A program made the position numbers and the translations under genes. DNA of 64,000 nucleotides from a virus. The number at the start of each line of letters is the position of its first letter. Within the stretch, counting starts at the first letter, position 1. The DNA lies in the IMG/VR virus record IMGVR_UViG_3300009008_000010, positions 1 to 64,000 of that record; one strand, 5' to 3'. The notes beneath the pieces are model-generated. The model worked only from the letters and a program-made list of their open reading frames with translations. It ran no database searches and was not told the DNA's origin. Positions 44,431 to 54,345 of this stretch are shown here, in pieces.

Positions 44431-47292
44431 ATGGAACCTAAAAAAAGACTCATACAATTGTGCTTAAAGGCCCTTCAAGAGATGGGCCTTTTTGATGAAC
44501 CTCACAAAAATCGCCTTATGCTAGAAGCGAAGGAAATAGACGCTCAAAGTGAGTTTGATTATTTCCTTGAACTCCACGATAAGTGCGTTAAATACCCAGA
44601 AAACCAAAACAATCTACTGGTAGCTTATCTTCTGGGTCTTGCTCCTGATTTTAACATTGATGCGGAACCCGCATTCGTTATCGGGGAAATGCCGGATATT
44701 GATGTTGATTATCTGCGCCCCGTTCGGGATCGCCTCAAAAATGAGTGGGCACCTGAGCATTATGGTCAAGAATATGTTTGTAACATCGGCAGCTACAACA
44801 GTTATGGTATGCGAAGTTCGTTGATTGATGTTGCTAAAATATTCGGTGAAGATCGTGACCGGATGCTTGAACTCACCAAGAATCTCCCCGATAAGGATGA
44901 AGAGGGCGATCCTATCACATGGGAAAGCGTTCTCAAAATCTATCCGGCTTTGAATACTTTTTGTGAGGAAAACCCGGAAATATTTGATGTGGCCAAACGA
45001 CTCTCGGAAAGCGATTACGGCCCCAGATACAAGAGTTCTGGTAAACACGCTGGAGGTTTAATTGTATCATCTAAGCCTCTTGCGGATTTGGTGCCTCTGG
45101 TAGTTGATAAAGATGGTCTTATCACTTCCGCTTGGCCCGAAGGACTTAACACGCAAGACCTTGGCCCAGTCGGGCTTATTAAATTTGACTGCTTAGTAAT
45201 TACAAACCTTCAACAGATTGCTGATATTGCAGAATTAGTTAAACAAAGACACCAATTAAACGCTATTTGCTCTACAGATGGAAAAAACAATTGGTCAGAT
45301 ACGAGTTATTTAAATGATGAAAAAGCCATTGAGATGGCAAATGAAGGCGATTTAAGATGTATCTTTCAGTTTGATTCGCCAGGGATTCGTGGACTTGTTA
45401 AATCTGGTGGCGTCACAGATTTTGATGATTTGGTGGCTTATACAGCTTTATATCGTCCTGGTCCTCTCGGAATGGGCATGTCGGAGAAGTTTGTAAAACG
45501 TAAGAAGGGCGAAGAGCAATACGAGATACACCCGATTATGGAGCCTATTCTTGGCAGCACCTACGGAGTTATGGCATACCAAGAACAGGTTATGAAAATC
45601 CTGCACGCAGTTGGTGGAGTTCCTCTTAAAGATTGCGAAAAGGTAAGAAAAGCGATCAGTAAGAAGAAGGAAGAAATATTTGAAAAAATCAAGCCGCAAT
45701 TTATAGAAGTCGGTTCTGAACGATTACAGCGTGATTGTGATTGGGAACTTGAAGAAGATTTTAATGAAGTTATCCGCAGGGAATATGATCCCAGCGAAGA
45801 CATGGATTATAATATTAAAAAACTCTCAGGCATCCCCTATAGAGACGGCAAACCCAGTCCTTACCCTAAGAGCATGGGTCTGGTGGCCGCTTTGTTAAAA
45901 ATGAAATACGCTGATGCTGCTCGAACCCAACCCATTCTTCACAAATATGCCGCTGCTGCTGAAGCTCGGTCTTTGTGGGAACAAATTGAAGCCTTTGCAG
46001 CTTATGGATTTAATAAAAGTCATGCTGTGGCTTACACCTATATCTCTTCTCGCCTCTTATATTTGAAGGCTAATTATCCTGTTGAATTTTATGCTGGGAT
46101 TCTCAAGTCTGAAACTAAGGAAGGCAAGATCAAGGAGTATAAAACTGAGGCGGCTATTCACGCTGTTGAGATCAAACCTTTGGATTTGAACCGTTCTGGT
46201 GTCAGGTTTCAGATTTATCAGGAAGGAAGTGACCCCGCTCTCACAGACCCGATTTATTTCGGATTTTCTAACATCAAGGGCATTGGGCACGAATCGGCCC
46301 AGAATATGGTGGATCACCAGCCCTACAGTGGGTTTGATGATTTCTTGTTTAGGTTTGGAACAGAGGCAAAAGTTCTCAAGCCTTTAGTGTGTTTGAGGTT
46401 GTTTGGCGATGATAATTTGGAGGATTTATGGAGATATTACGACACTTACAAGAAATTATCTAAGAACCGCAAGGATAGCGAAGTGAGGAATCGCAAGTCC
46501 TTAATTAGATATGAGGAAGAATTAAAAGAGTTGCTGGCTGTTGACCCGGAGGCGGTAATTAGTTGGGATGAAGGCAATTTAGAAATATGGGAAGCAAAGT
46601 ATGATGAAGACGAGATAAGAGAGCAGGTTTGCACTAAAGCCGGTTCTCCAAAATATGGTAAATTAGATCAGGTGAAATTTAATCGTTGGAAGAAATTAAA
46701 AAGTCTCTATAACAGGCGAAACAAGTGCATAAATGGTCAAGCTGAGAAGATGCGCGAATGGGAAGAAAACCCTTTTACGTTTGATAAATTTCGCCCCGAT
46801 ATAGCTGAGGAAGAGGTGTTTATAACCAAAGAGATGCAGTCTTATTTTGATTCCTTGGAGTTGGCTCAAGAGAAGTTCTTAGGGTTCCTGTGGGATCATC
46901 CTTTGGTAAAGTCGCCTGATTTTACTAATTTAACTTACTCTCATCTAAGGGAATTACTGGACGAGAACCCCAACATAACAGATGCTCCGGTAGAAATTCT
47001 TACAATTGAGATAAGACGTAGAGATTGGAAAAGCGGTAAAGGCTTTAATTACACCATAAATGCAGAAGATGCAAATGGTGAAAGGAACTATGTTACTGTT
47101 TGGCCAGATGACTTTGATCGATTTAATGAAGAATTCACTGAGGGGATGTTATTGAGGTTGAGAGTGCAACCACCAACTAAATATGGTTACACTTTGGATG
47201 GCCCTCCCAAATGGAAGCGGCACACCCTTCCCGACAAAGATAGAGATGTTAGAGTTGTAAAACTTAGGTATCCTGTGGAGGAAATAACGTGA
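44431..47292 (+). CDS. dnaE: DNA polymerase III alpha, C-terminal part (catalytic Asp palm, fingers, HhH, OB)
   Basis: MPDIDVDY, GKHAGG, GLIKFDCL, IFQF, ALYRPGP, YQEQVM, YGFNKSHAVAY, GFSNIKGIG; no PHP domain. Confidence 0.92.
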   Translation: MEPKKRLIQLCLKALQEMGLFDEPHKNRLMLEAKEIDAQSEFDYFLELHDKCVKYPENQNNLLVAYLLGLAPDFNIDAEPAFVIGEMPDIDVDYLRPVRDRLKNEWAPEHYGQEYVCNIGSYNSYGMRSSLIDVAKIFGEDRDRMLELTKNLPDKDEEGDPITWESVLKIYPALNTFCEENPEIFDVAKRLSESDYGPRYKSSGKHAGGLIVSSKPLADLVPLVVDKDGLITSAWPEGLNTQDLGPVGLIKFDCLVITNLQQIADIAELVKQRHQLNAICSTDGKNNWSDTSYLNDEKAIEMANEGDLRCIFQFDSPGIRGLVKSGGVTDFDDLVAYTALYRPGPLGMGMSEKFVKRKKGEEQYEIHPIMEPILGSTYGVMAYQEQVMKILHAVGGVPLKDCEKVRKAISKKKEEIFEKIKPQFIEVGSERLQRDCDWELEEDFNEVIRREYDPSEDMDYNIKKLSGIPYRDGKPSPYPKSMGLVAALLKMKYADAARTQPILHKYAAAAEARSLWEQIEAFAAYGFNKSHAVAYTYISSRLLYLKANYPVEFYAGILKSETKEGKIKEYKTEAAIHAVEIKPLDLNRSGVRFQIYQEGSDPALTDPIYFGFSNIKGIGHESAQNMVDHQPYSGFDDFLFRFGTEAKVLKPLVCLRLFGDDNLEDLWRYYDTYKKLSKNRKDSEVRNRKSLIRYEEELKELLAVDPEAVISWDEGNLEIWEAKYDEDEIREQVCTKAGSPKYGKLDQVKFNRWKKLKSLYNRRNKCINGQAEKMREWEENPFTFDKFRPDIAEEEVFITKEMQSYFDSLELAQEKFLGFLWDHPLVKSPDFTNLTYSHLRELLDENPNITDAPVEILTIEIRRRDWKSGKGFNYTINAEDANGERNYVTVWPDDFDRFNEEFTEGMLLRLRVQPPTKYGYTLDGPPKWKRHTLPDKDRDVRVVKLRYPVEEIT

Positions 47293-47792
47293 GTGAAGAA
47301 GTAGTCATTAATGAAGATAATTTTAGCGAGTATTTTTTTGATGCAAGGACGCACAAACCCCAACGGGGACAGTGCATGGCCATATATACTGCTGTGGCCG
47401 AATTAGTGGATGGTCAGTTGAAGCGAGATGTGGTTTATCTTTTGAGCAGTACGCCCAAGGTGAGCGAAAGCATACAACTCCTTCGTAAAATAGCCTTGAT
47501 GAATGAAGAGGATGCTATCAGTATTTGTCTGGATATTGCGAGACGATTGCATGAAGGACAAACATCAGATGTGATTTGTGAGCATCCTCACGAATATAAA
47601 TTTGAGGCGGGATATTACACGAACAAGGAACATATCCCCACGGATGACAAGCATTGGGCTATGGTAGAGCTTACCAACTTGGAGGAGTTTATCGAAGAAA
47701 CTGAGGAAGGTACCATCAAAACCAAGATCGTAATGAATCCAACCGAAGAAGAAATAAAAGAATTTAAAGATCAAACCGAGGATAATACATAA
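47289..47792 (+). CDS. Hypothetical protein
   Basis: GGAGG SD; GTGA overlap with the dnaE stop. Confidence 0.7.
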   Translation: MSEEVVINEDNFSEYFFDARTHKPQRGQCMAIYTAVAELVDGQLKRDVVYLLSSTPKVSESIQLLRKIALMNEEDAISICLDIARRLHEGQTSDVICEHPHEYKFEAGYYTNKEHIPTDDKHWAMVELTNLEEFIEETEEGTIKTKIVMNPTEEEIKEFKDQTEDNT

Positions 47793-47821
47793 ATAGTGGT
47801 TGGGTAGTTAATAAAGGATAT

Positions 47822-48448
47822 ATGATGGACAAGAAAGATTTTCAAAATTGGCAAGATATGTGGGAAAAGGCAATGGACGAAGATGTTCCAACGCCAGCAG
47901 CGACACCACCAGAACAACAATCTAGGCAGGTTTATTTTAATAATCCGAGTGGTGCTGCCGATCCTCCGCAATCAGACAATTCATCTGTAGACAAAGAATA
48001 CTGGGATCAGATTTATAAAGCCTCTATGCACCCAGGCGATTCTCCCGATCCTTTACAGGCTGCTTTCGGCGCAGAAAGTGAAATTTTAACTGAAAAAGCC
48101 GAAGATATGAATGTAACAACGCCCAAACCAGTGGCACCCAACCAATCCAAGGATGAATTGGGAGATATTGCCAAAACCAAGGCAAATGCTGCCAATCCTA
48201 TTGATCCTGGTTCTATTGGCAAGGATCAAGATTACAAACCCAACCTTGCTGATGCTCACCAATTAGAGCAATTGCATAATTTAAAAATCAATCTTTATGA
48301 GCTTGAATGCAAGCTAAATACTAACGATTGTCTCGCTAAAACCGACAAAGGCAAAAAAATTCAGAATCAAATTGATGCACTGAAAACTCATATAGATGAG
48401 TTGAGTGATACGATCACTCCCGATTTCTTGCAATCATATTTGTCGTAA
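47822..48448 (+). CDS. Hypothetical late protein with C-terminal coiled coil
   Basis: ATAAATA at 47789; AAGGA SD. Confidence 0.7.
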   Translation: MMDKKDFQNWQDMWEKAMDEDVPTPAATPPEQQSRQVYFNNPSGAADPPQSDNSSVDKEYWDQIYKASMHPGDSPDPLQAAFGAESEILTEKAEDMNVTTPKPVAPNQSKDELGDIAKTKANAANPIDPGSIGKDQDYKPNLADAHQLEQLHNLKINLYELECKLNTNDCLAKTDKGKKIQNQIDALKTHIDELSDTITPDFLQSYLS

Positions 48449-49170
48449 TGAGAAATAAAAACTTAAAAAAGAAAAAATTAGCTTTTGTCCATATCCCTAA
48501 AAGTGCTGGGGTCTCTGCGGAAGTGTGGTTCTACAGAATGTTGGGCCACAAATCTGATATAGTTTGGGCTAACAGTTGGCGAATGGGTATGGGGCGAGAC
48601 TGGTTGCCTTCTGAAATCCATTCGTGTCTACATTTTCCTAAAGTTTTCATTCACAACCACTCTCCCAACTGGACTATCGAATCGTTAGAAGAACTTAAAG
48701 AGCATGGCTTTTTTGTTTTCGCGTGGATAAGGAAATGCCCTTACGACTGCTTGTGTTCTTATTATCACTTCTTCAGGAATATGCAAGAGCACTATGATCG
48801 AGAGGATATTGGTGCGGAATTTTTCAAACCTACCAGAGGGGCTGTGTTTGAAGCTCCCGAAATGGATGTAAATGAGTGGTTAGTTAAATGGGCCGACTTG
48901 TTTTCGGGTATTCTGCCCATGAAAACTTATAAGTATTTCGATTATTTCAAAGTCTACAGTGACAAAAACTTTGGAGATTTCATCGAACAAGAGCTTGAAT
49001 TGAAATACTACGATCATCGTCCCCCTATAATGCACATGAACAAAAGTGAAAATCGAGGGTGGCGTTATTACAGAAAAAGTGGTATCATTACGGATGAAAC
49101 TGTTGATTTTCTAAAAAACGGTAAGTATGTGAATCTCTATAACGAATTATTGGCGAAGGCAAATGAGTAA
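48448..49170 (+). CDS. Sulfotransferase family 2-like protein
   Basis: FVHIPKSAG PAPS-binding motif; R.P....S.Y. Confidence 0.7.
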   Translation: MRNKNLKKKKLAFVHIPKSAGVSAEVWFYRMLGHKSDIVWANSWRMGMGRDWLPSEIHSCLHFPKVFIHNHSPNWTIESLEELKEHGFFVFAWIRKCPYDCLCSYYHFFRNMQEHYDREDIGAEFFKPTRGAVFEAPEMDVNEWLVKWADLFSGILPMKTYKYFDYFKVYSDKNFGDFIEQELELKYYDHRPPIMHMNKSENRGWRYYRKSGIITDETVDFLKNGKYVNLYNELLAKANE

Positions 49171-49948
49171 TTACGGTATATTGACTGGTGCATCGTCGGA
49201 ATATTTCAGGTGTCTCAAGTTAATGGTCATGTCTTGTAAAAGACAAGGTATTCCCATAACGGTTCTGGATGATGGGCTTTTAGAAGAACAGGTTGAACAT
49301 ATTGTAGATGAGGGTGCGGACGTTGTAGAAGGCACTGCGGGCATAGTTGCGGAGCGGTATGTTTACAACCCCAACAATCCTTTGATCATTTATGAAAAAC
49401 CATTTAAATGCCTGAGAACTCCTTACGAAAAAACGGTTTGGATAGATTCAGATGCTATCCCACTCAGGGATACCATGTTTTACTTCGATGTGTTAGATAA
49501 AGAAGAGGCGTTTTTCACCAAAGATTATTTTTCTAAATTCAGTGTCAGCCTGCCACTTTTAGAGGCGCTTCGATGCCCAAATGCAGAGATGGTTGATTTA
49601 GGTTTTAATTCTGGCGTTTTTGGTTGGACAGGCAATTGTGAGATCATAGAGTTATGGGCATCTGTGGTGCATTATGTCTCCACAGTCCCAGAATTAAGAA
49701 AGCTCCCGAAGTGCTGCGATCAAGATATGCTTTGCTACGCTGTAAATGCTTTGGACAAGTCGCATTTGATTTTAGATGGCACCAAGTATAATACGCCAGC
49801 TAACTTTCAGGATGACAAAAACGTAGAGCGACGAAAACAATACGAAGGAACTGACGAGGACGTATTTGACGCAATTTGTGCGGACCATTCAGAATCACTT
49901 GTTGTTCACTGGATGGGAATACCCAAATTAGATCATTTGGCTTTTTAA
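49163..49948 (+). CDS. GT-A glycosyltransferase (GT8-like)
   Basis: VWIDSD DxD motif, FNSGV, DQ, VVHW.G.PK. Confidence 0.75.
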   Translation: MSNYGILTGASSEYFRCLKLMVMSCKRQGIPITVLDDGLLEEQVEHIVDEGADVVEGTAGIVAERYVYNPNNPLIIYEKPFKCLRTPYEKTVWIDSDAIPLRDTMFYFDVLDKEEAFFTKDYFSKFSVSLPLLEALRCPNAEMVDLGFNSGVFGWTGNCEIIELWASVVHYVSTVPELRKLPKCCDQDMLCYAVNALDKSHLILDGTKYNTPANFQDDKNVERRKQYEGTDEDVFDAICADHSESLVVHWMGIPKLDHLAF

Positions 49949-49959
49949 GGAGAGAAAGA

Positions 49960-50490
49960 GTGATTGTAACGAAAGCACCTGCCCCTGTTACGGATTTGTT
50001 TAGGGAAGTTCGTGAGAAGCATCACCCCAATTTAGATCAAGCCGCTATAGGTGTTTGTTTTACTGACGCCAAGCCATTTCGAGGCGATCAAATTAATTTG
50101 GGAAAAGTTTCTAAGTTTTCCCCTGCTGACCAAGTTTGGCAGGACACAAAGAGAGATTTCTGTATTACGTTATGTGCAGATGTGTGGTATCAGATTTTAA
50201 ATGAAGAGCAACGTGAAGCACTGGCAGATTTGCACTTAACTTGTTGCGATGTTGAGCATGAGCCTGTTGTTGAAATTGTTGGAAATCGTAAAAAACCCGT
50301 TAAAGATGAATGGGGTCGCGTTCAAAAGACTGATGAAATTAAATACAATGATGATGGTAGTCCAAAGTGGAAAATAAGACCCTTAGATTTGATAGTTTTT
50401 GCTGACAATGCGCGTAAATATGATCTGTGGCTTAAAGAAGTCATAGATGGTCTTGAACCCTTAACGGTGCAGCAAAATGAAGAAGTATAG
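49960..50490 (+). CDS. Phage metallopeptidase-like protein (zinc motif degenerate)
   Basis: HHP.L, DFCITL...W..L..EQREAL pattern; the expected HELxH is replaced by LHLTC. Confidence 0.5.
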   Translation: MIVTKAPAPVTDLFREVREKHHPNLDQAAIGVCFTDAKPFRGDQINLGKVSKFSPADQVWQDTKRDFCITLCADVWYQILNEEQREALADLHLTCCDVEHEPVVEIVGNRKKPVKDEWGRVQKTDEIKYNDDGSPKWKIRPLDLIVFADNARKYDLWLKEVIDGLEPLTVQQNEEV

Positions 50491-50905
50491 AAGAGTGGGA
50501 CTCTATGTATTATGCCTAGCATTAGGCGTGGCTATTTTTGTGTTTAGCTGTTTAACACCTCCTCAACCCCAGCCGCCCCAATTTCAACAATCTGTTGTTG
50601 AAATTAGCGAAATTGGGAAAGAGATACCTGTTATGAGGATTCGCATAATTTCAGGTCACGAATTTGACTTGAAATTGGAGGATGGCCGCAGAATTCTTGG
50701 TCGTCTTACTGTAACGACACCCGAAGGCGAGGAAGTTCGGGATAAGGTCATTGATTTTTTGAACTCCCCCGGAGTCACCCATCCCGCAGTTGTTTTACTT
50801 GGTAAGTTAGATCACGCATGGAGCATTGAGTTGTACTTGAATGTAGGTGAAGAACGGGTACAATTGACTAGCTGGTTGCGTGAAAATGGGCTGATCTGGG
50901 AATAA
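50477..50905 (+). CDS. Membrane-anchored protein with PQ linker, thermonuclease(SNase)-like fold candidate
   Basis: TM, PPQPQPPQ, RIISGHEF...LRENGL resembles degenerate SNase. Confidence 0.45.
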   Translation: MKKYRRVGLYVLCLALGVAIFVFSCLTPPQPQPPQFQQSVVEISEIGKEIPVMRIRIISGHEFDLKLEDGRRILGRLTVTTPEGEEVRDKVIDFLNSPGVTHPAVVLLGKLDHAWSIELYLNVGEERVQLTSWLRENGLIWE

Positions 50906-50921
50906 TGCGAAGGTATGTAAC

Positions 50922-52010
50922 ATGTCAGAGGTTGCTGTAGATGAAATCCCTACCGAGAGTAGTGGCTTTGAACGACAATTTGAGAGTTGGAAAGATCAGA
51001 TTAAGTCGGGTGAGAAGGTAGCTATATTCACCCATAGAAGCCCTGATCCAGATGCTATTGGATCTACGATGGCTCTCATGTGGTTGCTCGATAAATTCGG
51101 CATCGAAGCTGAGGCTTTCTTTGTAGGCGCTGTTAGTCATCCTCAGAATCTAGCTATGTGCAATCTTTTATCGCCACTTAGCAGGCCCGTTGAGGATTAT
51201 GACTCTAGCGAGTTTGCGCATAATGTGATGCTAGACTGTTGCCCAGATGGGGATAATGCGGGCCTGCCTAAAGATAAACCGAAGTTCGATTTGGTTGTAG
51301 ATCACCATAAGGCTATTCCCAACAACGGTTTTAGTGGCACGTTCATTAATTTAAAGAACGGTAGTTGCAGTTCCACCATTTACGCATTGATCAAGGCTTC
51401 CAGTTTTGATTTTCAGGATGACAACGCCGCCGATAGTAAAGTGGCTACGTCATTGATGGTAGGAGTGTTGACAGATACGGACGGTCTACTGGCTGATTCC
51501 TGTACCGAGTATGAATTTAATGCATATTCGGGTCTGTTTGAATTCAGAAATGACAATGCTTTGCGGGCGATCATTAAATACAAACGCCCCAAGTTCTGGG
51601 TCACTAAGAAGGCAGACGCTACTAAGACGGCCACTATTGACGATGATGGTGTGGCTATTGTGGGCGTAGGGCTGCTCCCAGAAAAACACTTCAATTTAAT
51701 TGCCGATATTGCCGATGAAATGATCTCATGGGCCTCTGTTGAAACGGCGGTTTGTTTCGCAATTATCAACGGGGAGAGGCTTGTAGGCTCAGTTAGAAGT
51801 ATCAACGCAAGTGTTGACACGGATTTGATTTGCAGCCGTTTAGGTGGCCGATTTGGATCTGGTGGTGGTCGAGAAGGTAAGGGTTCATATTCATTTTCAA
51901 TTCAGGGTCTTTCTATTGAAGAGGAAGATGATGAAGAAGTGAAGTCGGCTGTGTGGGCTACTGCCAATACAAAGGAAATCAAGCGAGTCAAGAGGATTCT
52001 CAACAGTTAG
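50922..52010 (+). CDS. DHH/DHHA1 phosphoesterase (NrnA/Pde2-like)
   Basis: HRSPDPDAIGS, MLD, VDHH, TDT, GSVRS...GGG. Confidence 0.88.
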   Translation: MSEVAVDEIPTESSGFERQFESWKDQIKSGEKVAIFTHRSPDPDAIGSTMALMWLLDKFGIEAEAFFVGAVSHPQNLAMCNLLSPLSRPVEDYDSSEFAHNVMLDCCPDGDNAGLPKDKPKFDLVVDHHKAIPNNGFSGTFINLKNGSCSSTIYALIKASSFDFQDDNAADSKVATSLMVGVLTDTDGLLADSCTEYEFNAYSGLFEFRNDNALRAIIKYKRPKFWVTKKADATKTATIDDDGVAIVGVGLLPEKHFNLIADIADEMISWASVETAVCFAIINGERLVGSVRSINASVDTDLICSRLGGRFGSGGGREGKGSYSFSIQGLSIEEEDDEEVKSAVWATANTKEIKRVKRILNS

Positions 52011-52474
52011 GCAGCGTTCCTTCCTGGTGGGTTGATATTTTTGAATTTATCTACAGTCTCACCAGAGTTTTGTCTGGCGGTCTGGAACAACTTCTCTAAT
52101 TCCGCCACTCTTTTCTGCAATTCCCCAATGTCTGAGGTCTGTTCTAAGTCCCTCAGTCTCTTTTCAAGTTCCCCCACTTTGCTCTGAAGCCCTTGTGATT
52201 GTATTTGGGTGTCTTGTTGGGCATCTTTCGCCTGTTGCGCACGGGGATCATGGTAAATTTGGGTTAGGTCGGGGTCATTGGGATTTACTTCGCCCCGTTT
52301 TACTTGCGCATCGAATTCCTTCTGTCTGTCATCATTGTCTTTTTTAGCTTGGATGGCATACATTTGTTGCAATTGGTCACGATTTAAAAACTTATTCATG
52401 TGCTTGTCATTAAAAAACACATGTTCTGGGTCTTCGTGCCAACCCGCTTCTAGGAATTGTTTGAATGTAAGCAT
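52007..52474 (-). CDS. Putative internal head protein (coiled coil)
   Basis: N-terminus MLTFKQFLE; ATATATA immediately upstream. Confidence 0.65.
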   Translation of the reverse strand: MLTFKQFLEAGWHEDPEHVFFNDKHMNKFLNRDQLQQMYAIQAKKDNDDRQKEFDAQVKRGEVNPNDPDLTQIYHDPRAQQAKDAQQDTQIQSQGLQSKVGELEKRLRDLEQTSDIGELQKRVAELEKLFQTARQNSGETVDKFKNINPPGRNAA

Positions 52475-52492
52475 TAATTATATATACTCATG

Positions 52493-52981
52493 TTAAATGT
52501 TTGACCCTACAGCCATCGCAGCTTTTTCTAGTTCTGGTTTGCGATCACGATACCATGCTAAGATTGGTGGTGTATCAAGTTCTTTGCCTTCCTGAAAGCC
52601 GTTTATGAGGATATTTTCGTTGTGTCCTTTGGTGCATCCATATCTATCCATCCGATTGGCCGCAGGCCAAGGGGCGTCTACGCCATTTTTTAATGGATAG
52701 AGATGGTCGAAACAATAACCACAGAACTTATCATTACAAAAGCCGTTTGTATATCGGTCTGTTTCTCCATTTAAAAATGCCAACAATCTAACCTCATTGC
52801 GCACGGAATTTGTCCACACTTTGGATTTTTTGCATTTGCATGTCCGCATTTGACCAACATCGTAGATGTGTCTGGGATTGATTATGATTCCTGCGCCTGT
52901 TAATGGAGCATGGCAGAATTCACAGAATGCAGACTCGTCATTCATGTATTTTTCTGTCAGCAGCCATTCTTGAAAATTCAT
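52493..52981 (-). CDS. Putative internal head protein with Cys clusters
   Basis: N-terminus MNFQEWLLTE; AAGGA SD; ATAAATA at 53005-53011. Confidence 0.6.
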   Translation of the reverse strand: MNFQEWLLTEKYMNDESAFCEFCHAPLTGAGIIINPRHIYDVGQMRTCKCKKSKVWTNSVRNEVRLLAFLNGETDRYTNGFCNDKFCGYCFDHLYPLKNGVDAPWPAANRMDRYGCTKGHNENILINGFQEGKELDTPPILAWYRDRKPELEKAAMAVGSNI

Positions 52982-53014
52982 ATTGTTGTCCTTCTTTACT
53001 ATTTTATTTATACA

Positions 53015-53206
53015 ATGGCTTTTATTATCAGATGCAACAATTGTGGCCACAAAGTCTTTACTAACGGAACTAAGCCCGATTTGAAGGAAAAGGGCATGTT
53101 AGACAGAGAAATCCATAAAGGCTGTAAAACTTGTGGCGGTCCCAGGAAATTCAGATGTTTGAATTGCGGCATTGCTACAAAAATGATTAGGTTAATTAAA
53201 AGATGA
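53015..53206 (+). CDS. Small zinc-ribbon protein
   Basis: CNNCG, CKTCG, CLNCG. Confidence 0.6.
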   Translation: MAFIIRCNNCGHKVFTNGTKPDLKEKGMLDREIHKGCKTCGGPRKFRCLNCGIATKMIRLIKR

Positions 53207-54345
53207 AATTCATACAGGCTAAAGATAGAGAACCATTTGAGGATTTAGGTTTTACTATATATAAATTTTCAAATCGTCCTCGCCCTAAAGACAAGCGTAG
53301 CATAACTTTAATATCATGTTTATCTGAGTTCGGGTGTGAGACACTGGGGATACTTTGGAATATCCCTATGATATGCCAAGAGCGAGCGGGACATTACAAG
53401 ATTGCGGTGGGTTGGTACGGTCGTGAGTATTTTTACAGGCATCTTGTTGACGAGTTTTGGGAATTAAAACCAAAGCACCAGTGGTTGCGAGATTATTGTA
53501 AGGCTTTTCACCATGAATCTAGGAATTTAACAAAACTAGAAGAGCTTTTGACTAATTATGGACATGTTGTAACGGCTCAACAAGTCGGCAATTATGCAGT
53601 TGGCAACAGATGTCAGGGGTGCGGTAATTTCTGGGGAGATATTAGCTATGTGACAGAGTGCCCCAGATGCAAAGGGAAGAAGATTCTCAGATCGCTGTTT
53701 GGAGATATTCCCTACTACAGAAAGAAATTCACTCCTATGAAGGCTCCATCTAAGGAAAAGCAAAAGATAGCTAAAGACTATTTGAAGCCTAAAACTGTGG
53801 GGGTTTTTGCGAGAGGTAGAAAAACTTATGGCAGGAATTTACAGCCAGAGTTTTATGTGAAGTTGATTAATCTTCTTCGGTCCAGGGATTATAATGTGCT
53901 TTGGTTGGGCGAGAAACAAAGCACACAGTCCTGTCCTGTTGAAGACATTTTGGATTATTCAAGGATGGAGCAGGCTAAGGATTTAGAATTAACTTGTGCT
54001 ATCGTCAAAGAGCTTGAATTCACTGTTCAATTTTGGACAGCATCAACTAGGCTTGCTGCCATGATGGGGACTCCTTATTTAATGTTTGAGAGTCCGATGC
54101 AAATATGGGGCGAGGGGCAGGAGGGTTATCGACTCTCTTTGTTGAAAAATATGGCACCTAGAAAGATGTCAATTAATCATTTTACCAAAGTATTAAACGA
54201 TCACGAGGGTTCAATGAAAGTGATTGAGCAATGCATAGATGAAATGAACCAGGGGGATTATTCCGACAACATAGGGCTTGTTGAAAACAAAGATTTTGTT
54301 CATAGCATGAAGACGTTTAGCAAACAGAGGATTAGTGATGATTAG
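53203..54345 (+). CDS. Putative GT-B (GT9-like) glycosyltransferase with inserted zinc ribbon
   Basis: EFWEL, CQGC...CPRC, YNVLWLGE, LAAMMGTP resemble GT9 layout. Confidence 0.5.
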   Translation: MKFIQAKDREPFEDLGFTIYKFSNRPRPKDKRSITLISCLSEFGCETLGILWNIPMICQERAGHYKIAVGWYGREYFYRHLVDEFWELKPKHQWLRDYCKAFHHESRNLTKLEELLTNYGHVVTAQQVGNYAVGNRCQGCGNFWGDISYVTECPRCKGKKILRSLFGDIPYYRKKFTPMKAPSKEKQKIAKDYLKPKTVGVFARGRKTYGRNLQPEFYVKLINLLRSRDYNVLWLGEKQSTQSCPVEDILDYSRMEQAKDLELTCAIVKELEFTVQFWTASTRLAAMMGTPYLMFESPMQIWGEGQEGYRLSLLKNMAPRKMSINHFTKVLNDHEGSMKVIEQCIDEMNQGDYSDNIGLVENKDFVHSMKTFSKQRISDD

